NCBI GenBank assembly: GCA_015068845.1
Contig: SVJR01000004.1
Coordinates: 10,779 to 74,778 of the forward strand
Reading direction: 5' to 3'
DNA length: 64,000 bases
DNA from: Oscillospiraceae bacterium
Lineage (GTDB): Bacteria > Bacillota > Clostridia > Monoglobales > Monoglobaceae
Positions 50,758 through 59,239 of the stretch are shown in pieces. The translations under genes were made by a program, and so were the position numbers. Below the pieces are notes generated by a model that saw nothing but the letters and a program-made list of their open reading frames with translations, was not told where the DNA came from and made no database searches. The first letter of the stretch is position 1, and every line of letters begins with the position of its first letter.

Positions 50758-50838
50758 ATCAAATCTCTGCCTTTATCTTTATAGTAGTAGTTTTTCCGTC
50801 CCTCTCCAAGGACTGACTTTAGTTTTTCTTTAGATATT

Positions 50839-50867
50839 ATTATATACGCCTTTCGGCGGCTTGTCAA
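50839..50867 (-). promoter_or_regulatory. Consensus promoter TTGACA-N17-TATAAT (minus strand) for the TIM-SIS-YjbQ-like genes
   Basis: Hand-counted: TTGACA at 50862-50867 and TATAAT at 50839-50844 on the minus strand. Confidence 0.55.
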
Positions 50868-50892
50868 CATTATTTTGGACTTTAACTTTTTC

Positions 50893-50921
50893 TTGACAAT
50901 CTTTTTGTTTGGCTGTATACT
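50893..50921 (+). promoter_or_regulatory. Promoter TTGACA-N17-TATACT for the divergent aldolase gene
   Basis: TTGACA at 50893-50898, a 17-nt spacer, TATACT at 50916-50921. Confidence 0.55.
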
Positions 50922-50972
50922 AAGAAACGGAAAATTTAGATAAGAAAATGAAAAGAAAAGGAATGACACACA

Positions 50973-51647
50973 ATGAAATACTTAATCGACACTGCCAACA
51001 TTGAGGCAATCCGTTACCTGAACGAATACTATCCCGTAGCAGGTGTAACCACCAACCCAACCCTTATCGCAAAGGAAAACGGCGATTTCTGGGAAATTGT
51101 TAAAGAAATCCGCAACATCATCGGACCTGAAAAGATGCTTCATATTCAAACAGTACAGAAAACAGCTGAAAAAATTGTTGACGAAGCACTGCTTGTAAAG
51201 CAGACGCTTGGCGGCAACTTTTACGCCAAAATCCCGATTTGCGAGGAAAGTCTTAAAGCAACAAAGATGCTCAAGGAGCTTGGCATCGGCGTTACCATGA
51301 CCGCAATCTTCACTCCGGCACAGGCACTTATGGCAGCAAAAGCCGGCGCAGACTTTGTTGCACCCTATGTAAACCGACTTGACAACACCATCAGCGACGG
51401 TGTAAAGGTTGTTGAATACATAGTTGAACAGTTTAAAAACTATAACCTTGATTGTCAGGTGCTGGCTGCAAGCTTTACCAATGCCGAGCAGGTTCATAAA
51501 TGTGCGGTTGCAGGCTGTCACTCGGTGACAATTGCACCCAAGATTTTCGAGTCGCTGATTGCCCATCCTATGACTGAGGCTGCAATCGAAGGCTTTGAGC
51601 GTGACTGGGAAGCAGTATACGGCAACAAAACAATTATGGACTTTTAG
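50973..51647 (+). CDS. Transaldolase-family class I aldolase (fructose-6-phosphate aldolase/TalC type)
   Basis: MKYLIDTANIEAI...GVTTNPTLI...AKIP...APYVNRLD motifs, 224 aa. Confidence 0.85.
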   Translation: MKYLIDTANIEAIRYLNEYYPVAGVTTNPTLIAKENGDFWEIVKEIRNIIGPEKMLHIQTVQKTAEKIVDEALLVKQTLGGNFYAKIPICEESLKATKMLKELGIGVTMTAIFTPAQALMAAKAGADFVAPYVNRLDNTISDGVKVVEYIVEQFKNYNLDCQVLAASFTNAEQVHKCAVAGCHSVTIAPKIFESLIAHPMTEAAIEGFERDWEAVYGNKTIMDF

Positions 51648-51849
51648 GGCTGGAGCGTTAAGGCAATATGCCGGTGGCATATTGATAGCGCAAGATTATA
51701 AAATGCGAGAGCATTTTATAATAAAAGAAAACGCAAAGCGTTTTTACATACTGCGCCCTACGCGCTTTCAAAAACAGCACCGAACGCATAAAACGGGTTT
51801 TGTTTTATTTGTTAGTTTGTGCAAATATTTTAATATGCTATTTTCAATG

Positions 51850-51881
51850 TAGACATTCATCAAACGAATGTCTATTTTTTT
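51850..51881 (+). terminator. Strong intrinsic terminator in the aldolase/amidohydrolase spacer
   Basis: TAGACATTC-ATCAAAC-GAATGTCTA + T7. Confidence 0.55.
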
Positions 51882-51884
51882 GCC

Positions 51885-51908
51885 TTATGCTACGGACAAA
51901 CTTCACCT
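51885..51908. repeat. Truncated family-F element
   Basis: ttatgctacggacaaacttcacct matches 24114-24137 with one mismatch. Confidence 0.5.
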
Positions 51909-51996
51909 TTAAAGCCGTCAATGCTATAATATTGTCAATATGTGTAATTATTATCAAAGACAATAAAAACACTTTTATATTTTTTAAATATTATAA

Positions 51997-52025
51997 TTGA
52001 CAGAACGGCGAAACTAAAGTATAAT
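51997..52025 (+). promoter_or_regulatory. Consensus promoter TTGACA-N17-TATAAT for the amidohydrolase and deaminase-like genes
   Basis: Hand-counted 17-nt spacer, about 80 nt upstream of the ATG at 52105. Confidence 0.55.
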
Positions 52026-52104
52026 AAGTTTAATAGGTAAATTAGGCATTTATACCCAATTCGGGGTGCGAATACCATAACTTAACCGGAAAGAGGGAAG
52101 TATA

Positions 52105-53241
52105 ATGAAAGCGATAATCAACGCAACACTTGTTATGCCTGACCATTATATCCCCCGGGCTACTCTGCTTATGGACGGCGAAAGAATCGTGGACTTCGGC
52201 AAAAAGCTCGAAATCCCCGAGAGTGCTGAGATTATAGATGCAGAGGGGCTTTTTGTGGGACCCGGTCTGATTGACATACATACCCACGCTGACGGCGACA
52301 CATATTTCCATGATGACCCCGTTAAGTGTTCGAGAACACTTCTTGACCACGGTGTTACATCGGTTCTGCCGGCTCTGTTTTACAGTATGAACAAGCAGGA
52401 GCATCTTGATGCAATTAAAAAGTACAAGGATGCAATTGCTAACGGCGAATGTCAGAACATTATCGGTGTTTATATGGAGGGTCCGTACCTCAACCCCGAT
52501 TTTGGTTGCGACAAGGAAAAGAATGTGTGGAAGGACGCAATTGTTGAAAAGGACTATGCCGAGGTTGTTGAAGCCGCAAAAGGCTTTGCAAAGGTATGGT
52601 GCGTTGCGCCCGAGCGTGAAGGAATTCTGGACTTTGTGAAGTATGTTAAGCGCGAAATTCCTGAAATTGTGTTCTCAGTTGCACATTCCGAGGCAACTCC
52701 GGAGCAGGTTGAGGCGCTTATGCCCTACGGCCTGAAGCTTGGCACACACCACACAAACGCAACAGGAACTTTGGAGAACTATCCCGAAGTACGCGGAGTT
52801 TGCGTTGACGAGACAGTTAACTACAACGACGGAATTTACGCAGAGCTTATCTGCGATTCCATGGGTGTTCATGTTCACCCGTATATGATCCGCCTTGTTA
52901 AGAAAATCAAGGGTCAGGACAAAATCATTCTTATTGCCGACTCGTTTGTGGCAGACGGACCTCCGCTGCCGGGACTTGAAGAGGCTTTCGACATCAACTT
53001 TGACTGGGGCGGCGACATTGCCGGCTCAAAGCTGACACTCGATATTGCCTGCAGCAATATGATGGTTCACACCGGTGGCTCGGTTTGCGATGTGTTCAAG
53101 TATGCATCGCTCAACCCGTCAAAGCTTCTTAATATGCCCGAAATCGGTCAGATTAAGAAGGGAAATCTTGCTAACTTAATCATTGTTGATCAATGGTTTA
53201 ATGTTAAGAATACTATTTTAAAAGGAGAAATTGTAAAATGA
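52105..53241 (+). CDS. Amidohydrolase, N-acetylglucosamine-6-phosphate deacetylase (NagA)-like
   Basis: GPGLIDIHTHADG metal-binding HxH motif, 378 aa, NagA-like length and layout. Confidence 0.7.
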   Translation: MKAIINATLVMPDHYIPRATLLMDGERIVDFGKKLEIPESAEIIDAEGLFVGPGLIDIHTHADGDTYFHDDPVKCSRTLLDHGVTSVLPALFYSMNKQEHLDAIKKYKDAIANGECQNIIGVYMEGPYLNPDFGCDKEKNVWKDAIVEKDYAEVVEAAKGFAKVWCVAPEREGILDFVKYVKREIPEIVFSVAHSEATPEQVEALMPYGLKLGTHHTNATGTLENYPEVRGVCVDETVNYNDGIYAELICDSMGVHVHPYMIRLVKKIKGQDKIILIADSFVADGPPLPGLEEAFDINFDWGGDIAGSKLTLDIACSNMMVHTGGSVCDVFKYASLNPSKLLNMPEIGQIKKGNLANLIIVDQWFNVKNTILKGEIVK

Positions 53242-54212
53242 GCAATTTTATTACCGACCCGGCAACAAAATTTGATTTTCAGCCGCATGAATTTGTTCCT
53301 TTCAAGGACAAGAAGGTTTGCGATTATGTTCGTAGCCTCAGCGGTAAGGATCTCGAAAAGAGAGAAGATTGGTGGCATCCTGAATTTAATGTAAAGGTTA
53401 TGATGAACCCCCATCCCGTTCTCATCGCAACACTTTTTGAGCGCCTCAGAGCTGCATCAGAAGCAGGCAAGAGCTTCACAATGATCCTCGGTAACCCCGA
53501 ACCGGATACATACATTCCTCTTGCACAGCTCATCAACTACTTCGGTATCGATTGTAGCAAGGTTCACCTTGTTGCAGAGGACGAATGGGCAGATGAAGCA
53601 GGCAACATCGCTCCTATCACATACGAAGCAGGCTTTGCACATTCTATGATTAAGTATCTCTACAACCAGATCGATGAAAAGCTCCGTATGCCTATGGAAA
53701 ATGTTCACTTCCCCACAAACGCAAATATCAACGATTATTCTAAGATAATCGACGATATTACTGAGGGAACAGGTGCTGATATCGCATCTACATCTCCCGG
53801 TTGGGCAGGCCATATGGCATTCGTTGATCCTATTCCTGAATTCATCGGCAGCGGTGATGTTGAAGAATGGCTCAACCAGCCCGCACAGATCGTTAAGCTC
53901 CATCCCATGACCATCATGCAGAACTCTCTCAACGGTACATTCGGTCAGTCCGGTGATATCGCTAATGTTCCTCCGTGTGCAGCAACCATCGGTCCTCTCG
54001 ATGTAATGCGCGCTAAGGAAAGAATCGAAGTTCATGCACTTGCAACATGCGGTACATTCTCATCATGGCAAAGAATGACAAGCCGTCTTTGCACACACGG
54101 TCCTGTTACACCTTATCTCCCGAGCTCAATGCTCCAGACAAAGAAGACTCAGGTTTATATCAGTGAAGAACTTGCAGCTCCCTTTGAATGCTGGGAAAAG
54201 GTTGGATATTAA
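53238..54212 (+). CDS. NagB/6-phosphogluconolactonase-superfamily protein (sugar-phosphate isomerase/deaminase-like)
   Basis: FTMILGNPEPDTYIPL...VAEDEW resembles the NagB GxxTGxTP...NxDEY layout. ATGA overlap with the upstream gene. This is a weak family call. Confidence 0.5.
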   Translation: MSNFITDPATKFDFQPHEFVPFKDKKVCDYVRSLSGKDLEKREDWWHPEFNVKVMMNPHPVLIATLFERLRAASEAGKSFTMILGNPEPDTYIPLAQLINYFGIDCSKVHLVAEDEWADEAGNIAPITYEAGFAHSMIKYLYNQIDEKLRMPMENVHFPTNANINDYSKIIDDITEGTGADIASTSPGWAGHMAFVDPIPEFIGSGDVEEWLNQPAQIVKLHPMTIMQNSLNGTFGQSGDIANVPPCAATIGPLDVMRAKERIEVHALATCGTFSSWQRMTSRLCTHGPVTPYLPSSMLQTKKTQVYISEELAAPFECWEKVGY

Positions 54213-54234
54213 TATCCGATTTAAGATTACAAAT

Positions 54235-54265
54235 AAAAAAGACAGTCTGCAGACTGTCTTTTTTT
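54235..54265. terminator. Bidirectional terminator
   Basis: AAAAAAGACAGTCTGCAGACTGTCTTTTTTT between convergent genes. Confidence 0.6.
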
Positions 54266-54267
54266 GT

Positions 54268-54426
54268 TTAAAAATTAAAATCATCTTCTTCGCCATCATC
54301 CTCAGGGGATTCGTCATAGGTGTCTATATACATATCCTCACACTCTACCTGCAATTCCATTAATTCTTCAATTATGTCGGTCACCTTATTGAACATTTTC
54401 AAATACATCTTTTTGTAATTTGGCAT
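54268..54426 (-). CDS. Acidic micro-protein, 52 aa (paralog 2): MPNYKKMYLKMFNKVTDIIEELMELQVECEDMYIDTYDESPEDDGEEDDFNF
   Basis: This is the C-terminal part of ORF-track entry 54268-54483. The start is placed at the ATG at 54426, preceded by TAGGAGGG. It is a paralog of 24362-24511. Confidence 0.6.
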   Translation of the reverse strand: MPNYKKMYLKMFNKVTDIIEELMELQVECEDMYIDTYDESPEDDGEEDDFNF

Positions 54427-54599
54427 ATTCAGCCCTCCTAAAATTAAAAAATGCGCCAACCGAAGCTGACGCATGAAAAACACACAGCTTCAGTTCTAAG
54501 TTGCTACACTTTTAACTACACCCAAAGGTACAGCGAACCAAAGTGTGCGTTTTTACCAAACGCACACCTTCAGGTGTATATATAAGTTAAAAGTGTAGC
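54427..54599 (-). promoter_or_regulatory. Structured 5' leader with an intrinsic terminator, copy 2
   Basis: Minus strand. P1: GCTACACTTTTAACT / AGTTAAAAGTGTAGC (15 bp). P2: ACACCTGAAGGT / ACCTTTGGGTGT (12 bp). P3: GTGCGTTT/AAACGCAC. Terminator: TGCGTCAGC-TTCG-GTTGGCGCA + T-run. Confidence 0.5.
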
Positions 54600-54605
54600 A
54601 TTGTC

Positions 54606-54634
54606 ATTATACCACTAAACTTTTAAAATTGCAA
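54606..54634 (-). promoter_or_regulatory. Promoter TTGCAA-N17-TATAAT for the leader and micro-ORF 2
   Basis: -35 at 54629-54634 and -10 at 54606-54611 (minus strand). The block 54626-54661 is identical to 24719-24754. Confidence 0.6.
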
Positions 54635-54673
54635 TAGTTTTCTGTAAAATTTTGTAAATTTGCAAATAAAAAT

Positions 54674-54822
54674 AGGCTCCCTTGTGTAAAGGGAGCTGTC
54701 GAACGCAGTGAGACTGAGGGATTGTTTCTTTATTTTTGTTGTTTCCTATTATTTTTAATTTAACAATTACAATCCCTCCGAGTTTGCTACGCAAACCCAC
54801 CTCCCTTTACACAAGGGAGGCT
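54674..54822. repeat. MITE-like element: imperfect inverted arms of about 50 bp flanking an AT-rich core
   Basis: The left arm is aggctcccttgtgtaaagggagctgtcgaacgcagtgagactgagggattg. The right arm is caatccctccgag...ctccctttacacaagggaggct. The arms share CTCCCTTGTGTAAAGGGAG and GAGGGATTG. Confidence 0.5.
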
Positions 54823-55040
54823 TTACCCATTAAAACTTTCTGCTAAATTGCTCATTTGAACTATATAACGATCTTTATCTGATTTTATAGTATTTTATTT
54901 CGTTCCCTCAGCAAACGCACCGAAAAGCTCGTAGTACTTTTGGCAAAACTCCTTGTCATTTTTGGCAATTGGTTTATCAGACAAACAGTGTATAAACGAA
55001 AAATAACATCTTTCAACATATTCTGCAATAGGTTTGTTTC

Positions 55041-55739
55041 TTATCTCGGAAATACGCCGTTGTTCATATCCACGCAAAAGCCGGTTATATAGTCGGGGGC
55101 ATCTGTTCCCAACCAGAGAATGGTCTTTGCAACTTCCTCAGGCTCGGCAAACCGGTTTGTGTAGGTGTTTGCCTTCATATACGCCTTGCGGTCTTCGGGG
55201 ATAACGCTCATCATATCGGTGAAGGTCGGGCCGGGGGCAACCGCATTAACCTGAATATTTTTTGCAGCAAACGCTTTGGCAAAGCTCTTTGTGGCGTTGA
55301 TAAGTGCCGCCTTGGACGCGCCGTACCACACATCGGGATGACCGATTTGCCCTGCAACCGACGCAATATTGATAATTCTGCCGCCGCCGTTTTCAATCAT
55401 AGCCGCAGAAAATGCTGTTATAAGCTCAATGGGTGCGTAAAGATTTACATTCATCAGCATATCTCGCTTTTCCACGGGGTAGCTGTTATAGGGCAGAGAA
55501 TACATCATACCGGCATTATTGACCAGAACATCAACCGCCCCGATTTTCTCCACAAGTGCGGCAATGTCCGAAACCCGGCTTATATCAAACTCCACAATCT
55601 CCACCTGGGCGTTGTCCTTGTACGGAAACTCCGCAAAGTCACGCGCAACAACAATCACCCGGTATCCCTTTTCCAGAAACAGTTTTGTTGCCGCAAGTCC
55701 TATACCCTTGTTTCCGCCTGTAATTAATACTTTTTTCAT
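55041..55739 (-). CDS. Short-chain dehydrogenase/reductase
   Basis: MKKVLITGGNKGIGLA, NNAG and YGASKAA motifs. The start is at 55739, with AGGAGG upstream. Confidence 0.85.
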   Translation of the reverse strand: MKKVLITGGNKGIGLAATKLFLEKGYRVIVVARDFAEFPYKDNAQVEIVEFDISRVSDIAALVEKIGAVDVLVNNAGMMYSLPYNSYPVEKRDMLMNVNLYAPIELITAFSAAMIENGGGRIINIASVAGQIGHPDVWYGASKAALINATKSFAKAFAAKNIQVNAVAPGPTFTDMMSVIPEDRKAYMKANTYTNRFAEPEEVAKTILWLGTDAPDYITGFCVDMNNGVFPR

Positions 55740-55744
55740 AAAAT

Positions 55745-56653
55745 TTACCTCCTGCTTAGTATTTCGTATTTTGTTTTCAAGCGTTCCAGTTTTTCTATCA
55801 TAGGCTCTGAAATAAACCACAAAAACATTGCCGTTGATGCGCCGTAAATCAGGTCAAAGGGTATTCCGCTGATACACGAGGCAATCAGCATTTCGAATGT
55901 CGGCTCGGGCTGCCACAAAAACACGCTTGAGGCATTGAGAATTATCCCGTGGACCACAACCGCCATAACCGCACCAAACACCGAAAGCACCACTCTTGTT
56001 GCCGGAATTTTGCCGTTTGCAAAAACCAGACCCGAAATCAGACCGACCAGACCCGATGCAAACATCTGCCAAGGTGTCCACGCACCCTGACCGAAGAAGA
56101 AGTTGGATACAAACGCCGCAGCGGCGCCGACCAGAAACCCCGTCTCGCCGCCAAAGCACACACCGGCAATTATCACGACTGCAAGTGTCGCCTTGAACTG
56201 CGGCAGCATATAAAACGCCGCTCTGCCGGCAACCGCCAATGCACACAGAACGCTCACCGTAACCAGCTCCCTTGCCTCGGGTTTTCGCCCCTCAAACATC
56301 GCAAAGAACGCAAGCATTACTTCAAAAATAATCAAAACGCTTATCAGATAATACCGTCTGTTTTGCAAATATACCATACCGAAAACAACCGTAACCGCAG
56401 CAAAAATAATAACCAAAATTGCCGTTAGGATATTTCTTTTTGTAAGCCTTGCGTAGCTCCGCTTTGACTTTTCAGCTTTATTTTTCCGTGGCAGAAAGCA
56501 GGAAATTGCAAACGCCGCAAGGGCGATTGACAAAAGCTGTACCAAAAGCTGAATCAAGGTCGGCTGACCGTCCGTCATTCCCGTGAGCTGTGCTACGCAG
56601 CACGCTAAAAACAGCACCCCGAAAATCGCTCCCAAAATAACTCTCTTTATCAT
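55745..56653 (-). CDS. ECF-transporter substrate-capture (S) component-like membrane protein, long form
   Basis: 302-aa polytopic protein immediately downstream of the EcfT and EcfA-A' genes, with overlapping stop and start codons. The assignment rests on context and hydrophobicity. Confidence 0.65.
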   Translation of the reverse strand: MIKRVILGAIFGVLFLACCVAQLTGMTDGQPTLIQLLVQLLSIALAAFAISCFLPRKNKAEKSKRSYARLTKRNILTAILVIIFAAVTVVFGMVYLQNRRYYLISVLIIFEVMLAFFAMFEGRKPEARELVTVSVLCALAVAGRAAFYMLPQFKATLAVVIIAGVCFGGETGFLVGAAAAFVSNFFFGQGAWTPWQMFASGLVGLISGLVFANGKIPATRVVLSVFGAVMAVVVHGIILNASSVFLWQPEPTFEMLIASCISGIPFDLIYGASTAMFLWFISEPMIEKLERLKTKYEILSRR

Positions 56654-58308
56654 AATTTCTTCTCCTTCCCACCGCAGGCAAGGATTATATCCTCTGCCAG
56701 AACTGCCGCAGGTACTTGCGACCTTGCCATTCGGTTGGCGCTTGTTGTGTAAAAGCTTTTACCTGCAAAAAACTCTCTCGGTCTTGCCACCGATATGATT
56801 TCACCGTCGAACATAAGGGCACACCGATCGGCATATTTTGCACAAAATTCAATATCGTGAGAAACGAGTAGTATCGTTACACCGTCTGCCGTCAGGCTTC
56901 GCAGAATTTCCGCAAACTCGTCCTTGAAGTTGCTGTCCATGCCCTTTGTCGGCTCGTCTAACAGGAGTCTCTCCGGCTTCTTCAGCAGAACCTTCGCAAG
57001 TGCCGCCCTTTGCCGCTCGCCGCCCGAGAGGTCCGAAGGATGCCTATCTAAAAGTCCCTGTATGCGGCAGAGCCTTGATATGTCCTCAATCTCTTTTTCC
57101 CCATCCTTGCCCTGTATCATATCCTCAAGGTCAAGCCTCACTGTATTTTTCACAAACAGACATTCAGGGCTTTGGGGTAGAACGCCAAGCACGCCATCAT
57201 AAAGCTTTGGTATTTTTTTCAGCGGCACACCATTTATCAGAATCTTGCCCGAGTATGGGGTATTAACCCCCGAAATTAAAGATAGTACCGTACTTTTCCC
57301 TGCACCATTGCCACCCATAAGGGCAAAAATCTCGCCCTTGAATACTTCAAGATTCAAGCCCCTGAGTATATCGGGGAGCTCACGCCCGTAGCGAAACCAC
57401 GCATCTTTGACCGTTACTGCCACATCGCCTTTTCGCAAAGGCTGCACCTTTGGTATCCGTTCGGGGAATATGGGGTTTGACTGCACAAATCTCTCCATCC
57501 ACAGCCGTCCGTCACGAACTGTCAGCGGGACTTCTCCCGACCTTTCCAAGGCACTAAAAACACGCATCGGCACCGGCAGAGCCTTTGCCATAATATGCCC
57601 AATGTCCGTCAGTTGCCGTACAACCTCCTGAGGACAGCCATTGCAAATTATCCTTCCCTCGTCCAGCACCACTATGCGGTCAGATAAGGGAACTACCTCC
57701 TCCAGCCGATGCTCGGATATAATTATTGTTGTTCCGAGCTCGAGATTCAGCCGTTTAAGCGTTTCCAAAAACTCTCTTGCCGCAATGGGGTCAAGCTGGC
57801 TTGTGGGCTCGTCCAGTATGAGCACCGACGGCTGCATAACCATTACCGAGGCAAGGTTTAAAAGCTGCTTCTGTCCGCCGGACAGGTCGCAGGTTTTGCT
57901 TCGAAACCATTCCTCAATCCCGAAGAACGCCGCCATCTCGGCAACCCGTGCCCGAATTTCAGAATTTGGCAAGCCGAGATTTTCTGCGCCAAAGGCAAGC
58001 TCGTGCCAGACCTTGTCACAAACAATCTGGGTCTCAGGGTTTTGCATCACAAACCCGATATCCGCCGCCTGACCTCGCGCGTCAATATCCGCCAAAGACT
58101 TGCCGCCAAAGTATATACCGCCGCAAAGCTCGCCCACGGGGCTGAGCGCCGGCTTGAGAAGTCTGAGAAGAGTGGTTTTGCCGCAGCCGGACTGACCGCA
58201 AACCGTTACAAACTCGCCCGAATTTATAGAAATATTTATTTCTGCAAGTGCAGCCGTGTTGCCGCCTGGATATGTAAAGTTTAAATCTTCGACCTTAATG
58301 AGTTCCAT
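56650..58308 (-). CDS. ECF-transporter ATPase, duplicated (EcfA-EcfA' fusion)
   Basis: Two ABC cassettes: GQSGCGKTT...LSGGQKQ...ILDEPTSQLD and GGNGAGKST...LSGGERQ...LLDEPTKGMD. The start is placed at MELIKVEDL (GGAGGTGA upstream). Confidence 0.85.
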   Translation of the reverse strand: MELIKVEDLNFTYPGGNTAALAEINISINSGEFVTVCGQSGCGKTTLLRLLKPALSPVGELCGGIYFGGKSLADIDARGQAADIGFVMQNPETQIVCDKVWHELAFGAENLGLPNSEIRARVAEMAAFFGIEEWFRSKTCDLSGGQKQLLNLASVMVMQPSVLILDEPTSQLDPIAAREFLETLKRLNLELGTTIIISEHRLEEVVPLSDRIVVLDEGRIICNGCPQEVVRQLTDIGHIMAKALPVPMRVFSALERSGEVPLTVRDGRLWMERFVQSNPIFPERIPKVQPLRKGDVAVTVKDAWFRYGRELPDILRGLNLEVFKGEIFALMGGNGAGKSTVLSLISGVNTPYSGKILINGVPLKKIPKLYDGVLGVLPQSPECLFVKNTVRLDLEDMIQGKDGEKEIEDISRLCRIQGLLDRHPSDLSGGERQRAALAKVLLKKPERLLLDEPTKGMDSNFKDEFAEILRSLTADGVTILLVSHDIEFCAKYADRCALMFDGEIISVARPREFFAGKSFYTTSANRMARSQVPAAVLAEDIILACGGKEKKL

Positions 58309-59168
58309 CTTCTCACCTCCCACAAGTCAATTATTAAGGGTAATCCACACAAAATAAAATATGCCGCATACACGCTTATGCTAAAGCCGGTCGGCGCTTT
58401 GCCACCAAACGACGGGAAGTACCAAAACCTCAGCTCGCCCAATGTCGCTCCCAATGCCGTGTATGTGCCCAAAAGTACAATAACCAAAAGGAATTTAAAG
58501 TCACGCGCCGTAAACCGAAAAGGCGAGAACGCCGTTCTGCCCGAAAGACCGTAGCCGCGCGCCTTCATACTGTCAGCGGTGATAACCGACCCCTCAAGCG
58601 CCCACGAGGTCATTGCAGACAGCACCGCACCGCCATTCTTTATCCGCTCCGTGACTTTGCCGCATCTTTGATCCTTGCCGATACACCGCTGAGCCGTAAT
58701 AATCTTTTTAATCTGTCCGGAAAACCTCGGCACAAACCGAAGCGTCATTGAAAGTATCAGCGACAATGCCGGCGATACCTTGCCAAACAAGTACATCAGC
58801 TTGTCCGAGGTGAAAATACGGTTAAAGCACGAAAACCAGAAAATCACAGACGCCAGCATTACCGCCGCAACCGCACCAAAGATTATGGATTCTGCCGTCA
58901 GCGGATTTCCGCCGGGAAAGTACCAAAGGATTGTTACGCCACGGTGGTTGAAAAGGGGATTGAGCACCGCAGTGAAAAACATCAGTGGAATAACAAAAAT
59001 CAGATTTTTCCGCACCGACGCTTTACCGCCAAGCATAAGCGAATATAAAAAACCGCACATCAAAGAGATACCAAGACTTATCGGATTCATAACAAGCATG
59101 GAAAAGCCCAGCACAAATACAAAATATATAAAGCACACCAACGGATGGCTGTTTCTAAATCCGACCAC
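58281..59168 (-). CDS. ECF-transporter transmembrane (T) component, CbiQ/EcfT family
   Basis: Polytopic protein. The RFVPRFSGQIKKIITAQRCIG region resembles the EcfT coupling-helix Arg motifs. GTG start with AAGGAG 8 nt upstream. Confidence 0.8.
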   Translation of the reverse strand: MVGFRNSHPLVCFIYFVFVLGFSMLVMNPISLGISLMCGFLYSLMLGGKASVRKNLIFVIPLMFFTAVLNPLFNHRGVTILWYFPGGNPLTAESIIFGAVAAVMLASVIFWFSCFNRIFTSDKLMYLFGKVSPALSLILSMTLRFVPRFSGQIKKIITAQRCIGKDQRCGKVTERIKNGGAVLSAMTSWALEGSVITADSMKARGYGLSGRTAFSPFRFTARDFKFLLVIVLLGTYTALGATLGELRFWYFPSFGGKAPTGFSISVYAAYFILCGLPLIIDLWEVRRWNSLRSKI

Positions 59169-59239
59169 GGCTAATTCTCCTTTCGGTGATTTTTTTGGAT
59201 ATAAGGTTTGGATGCCTTTTTTAGCGACATCTTGAAAAA

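Noticed and set aside
54895-55077. A 60-aa ORF downstream of the SDR gene and overlapping its 3' end
   Set aside because: It has a TTG start with no RBS, overlaps the SDR coding end by 37 nt, has no internal ATG and has no recognisable motif. It is kept as unproven rather than called.
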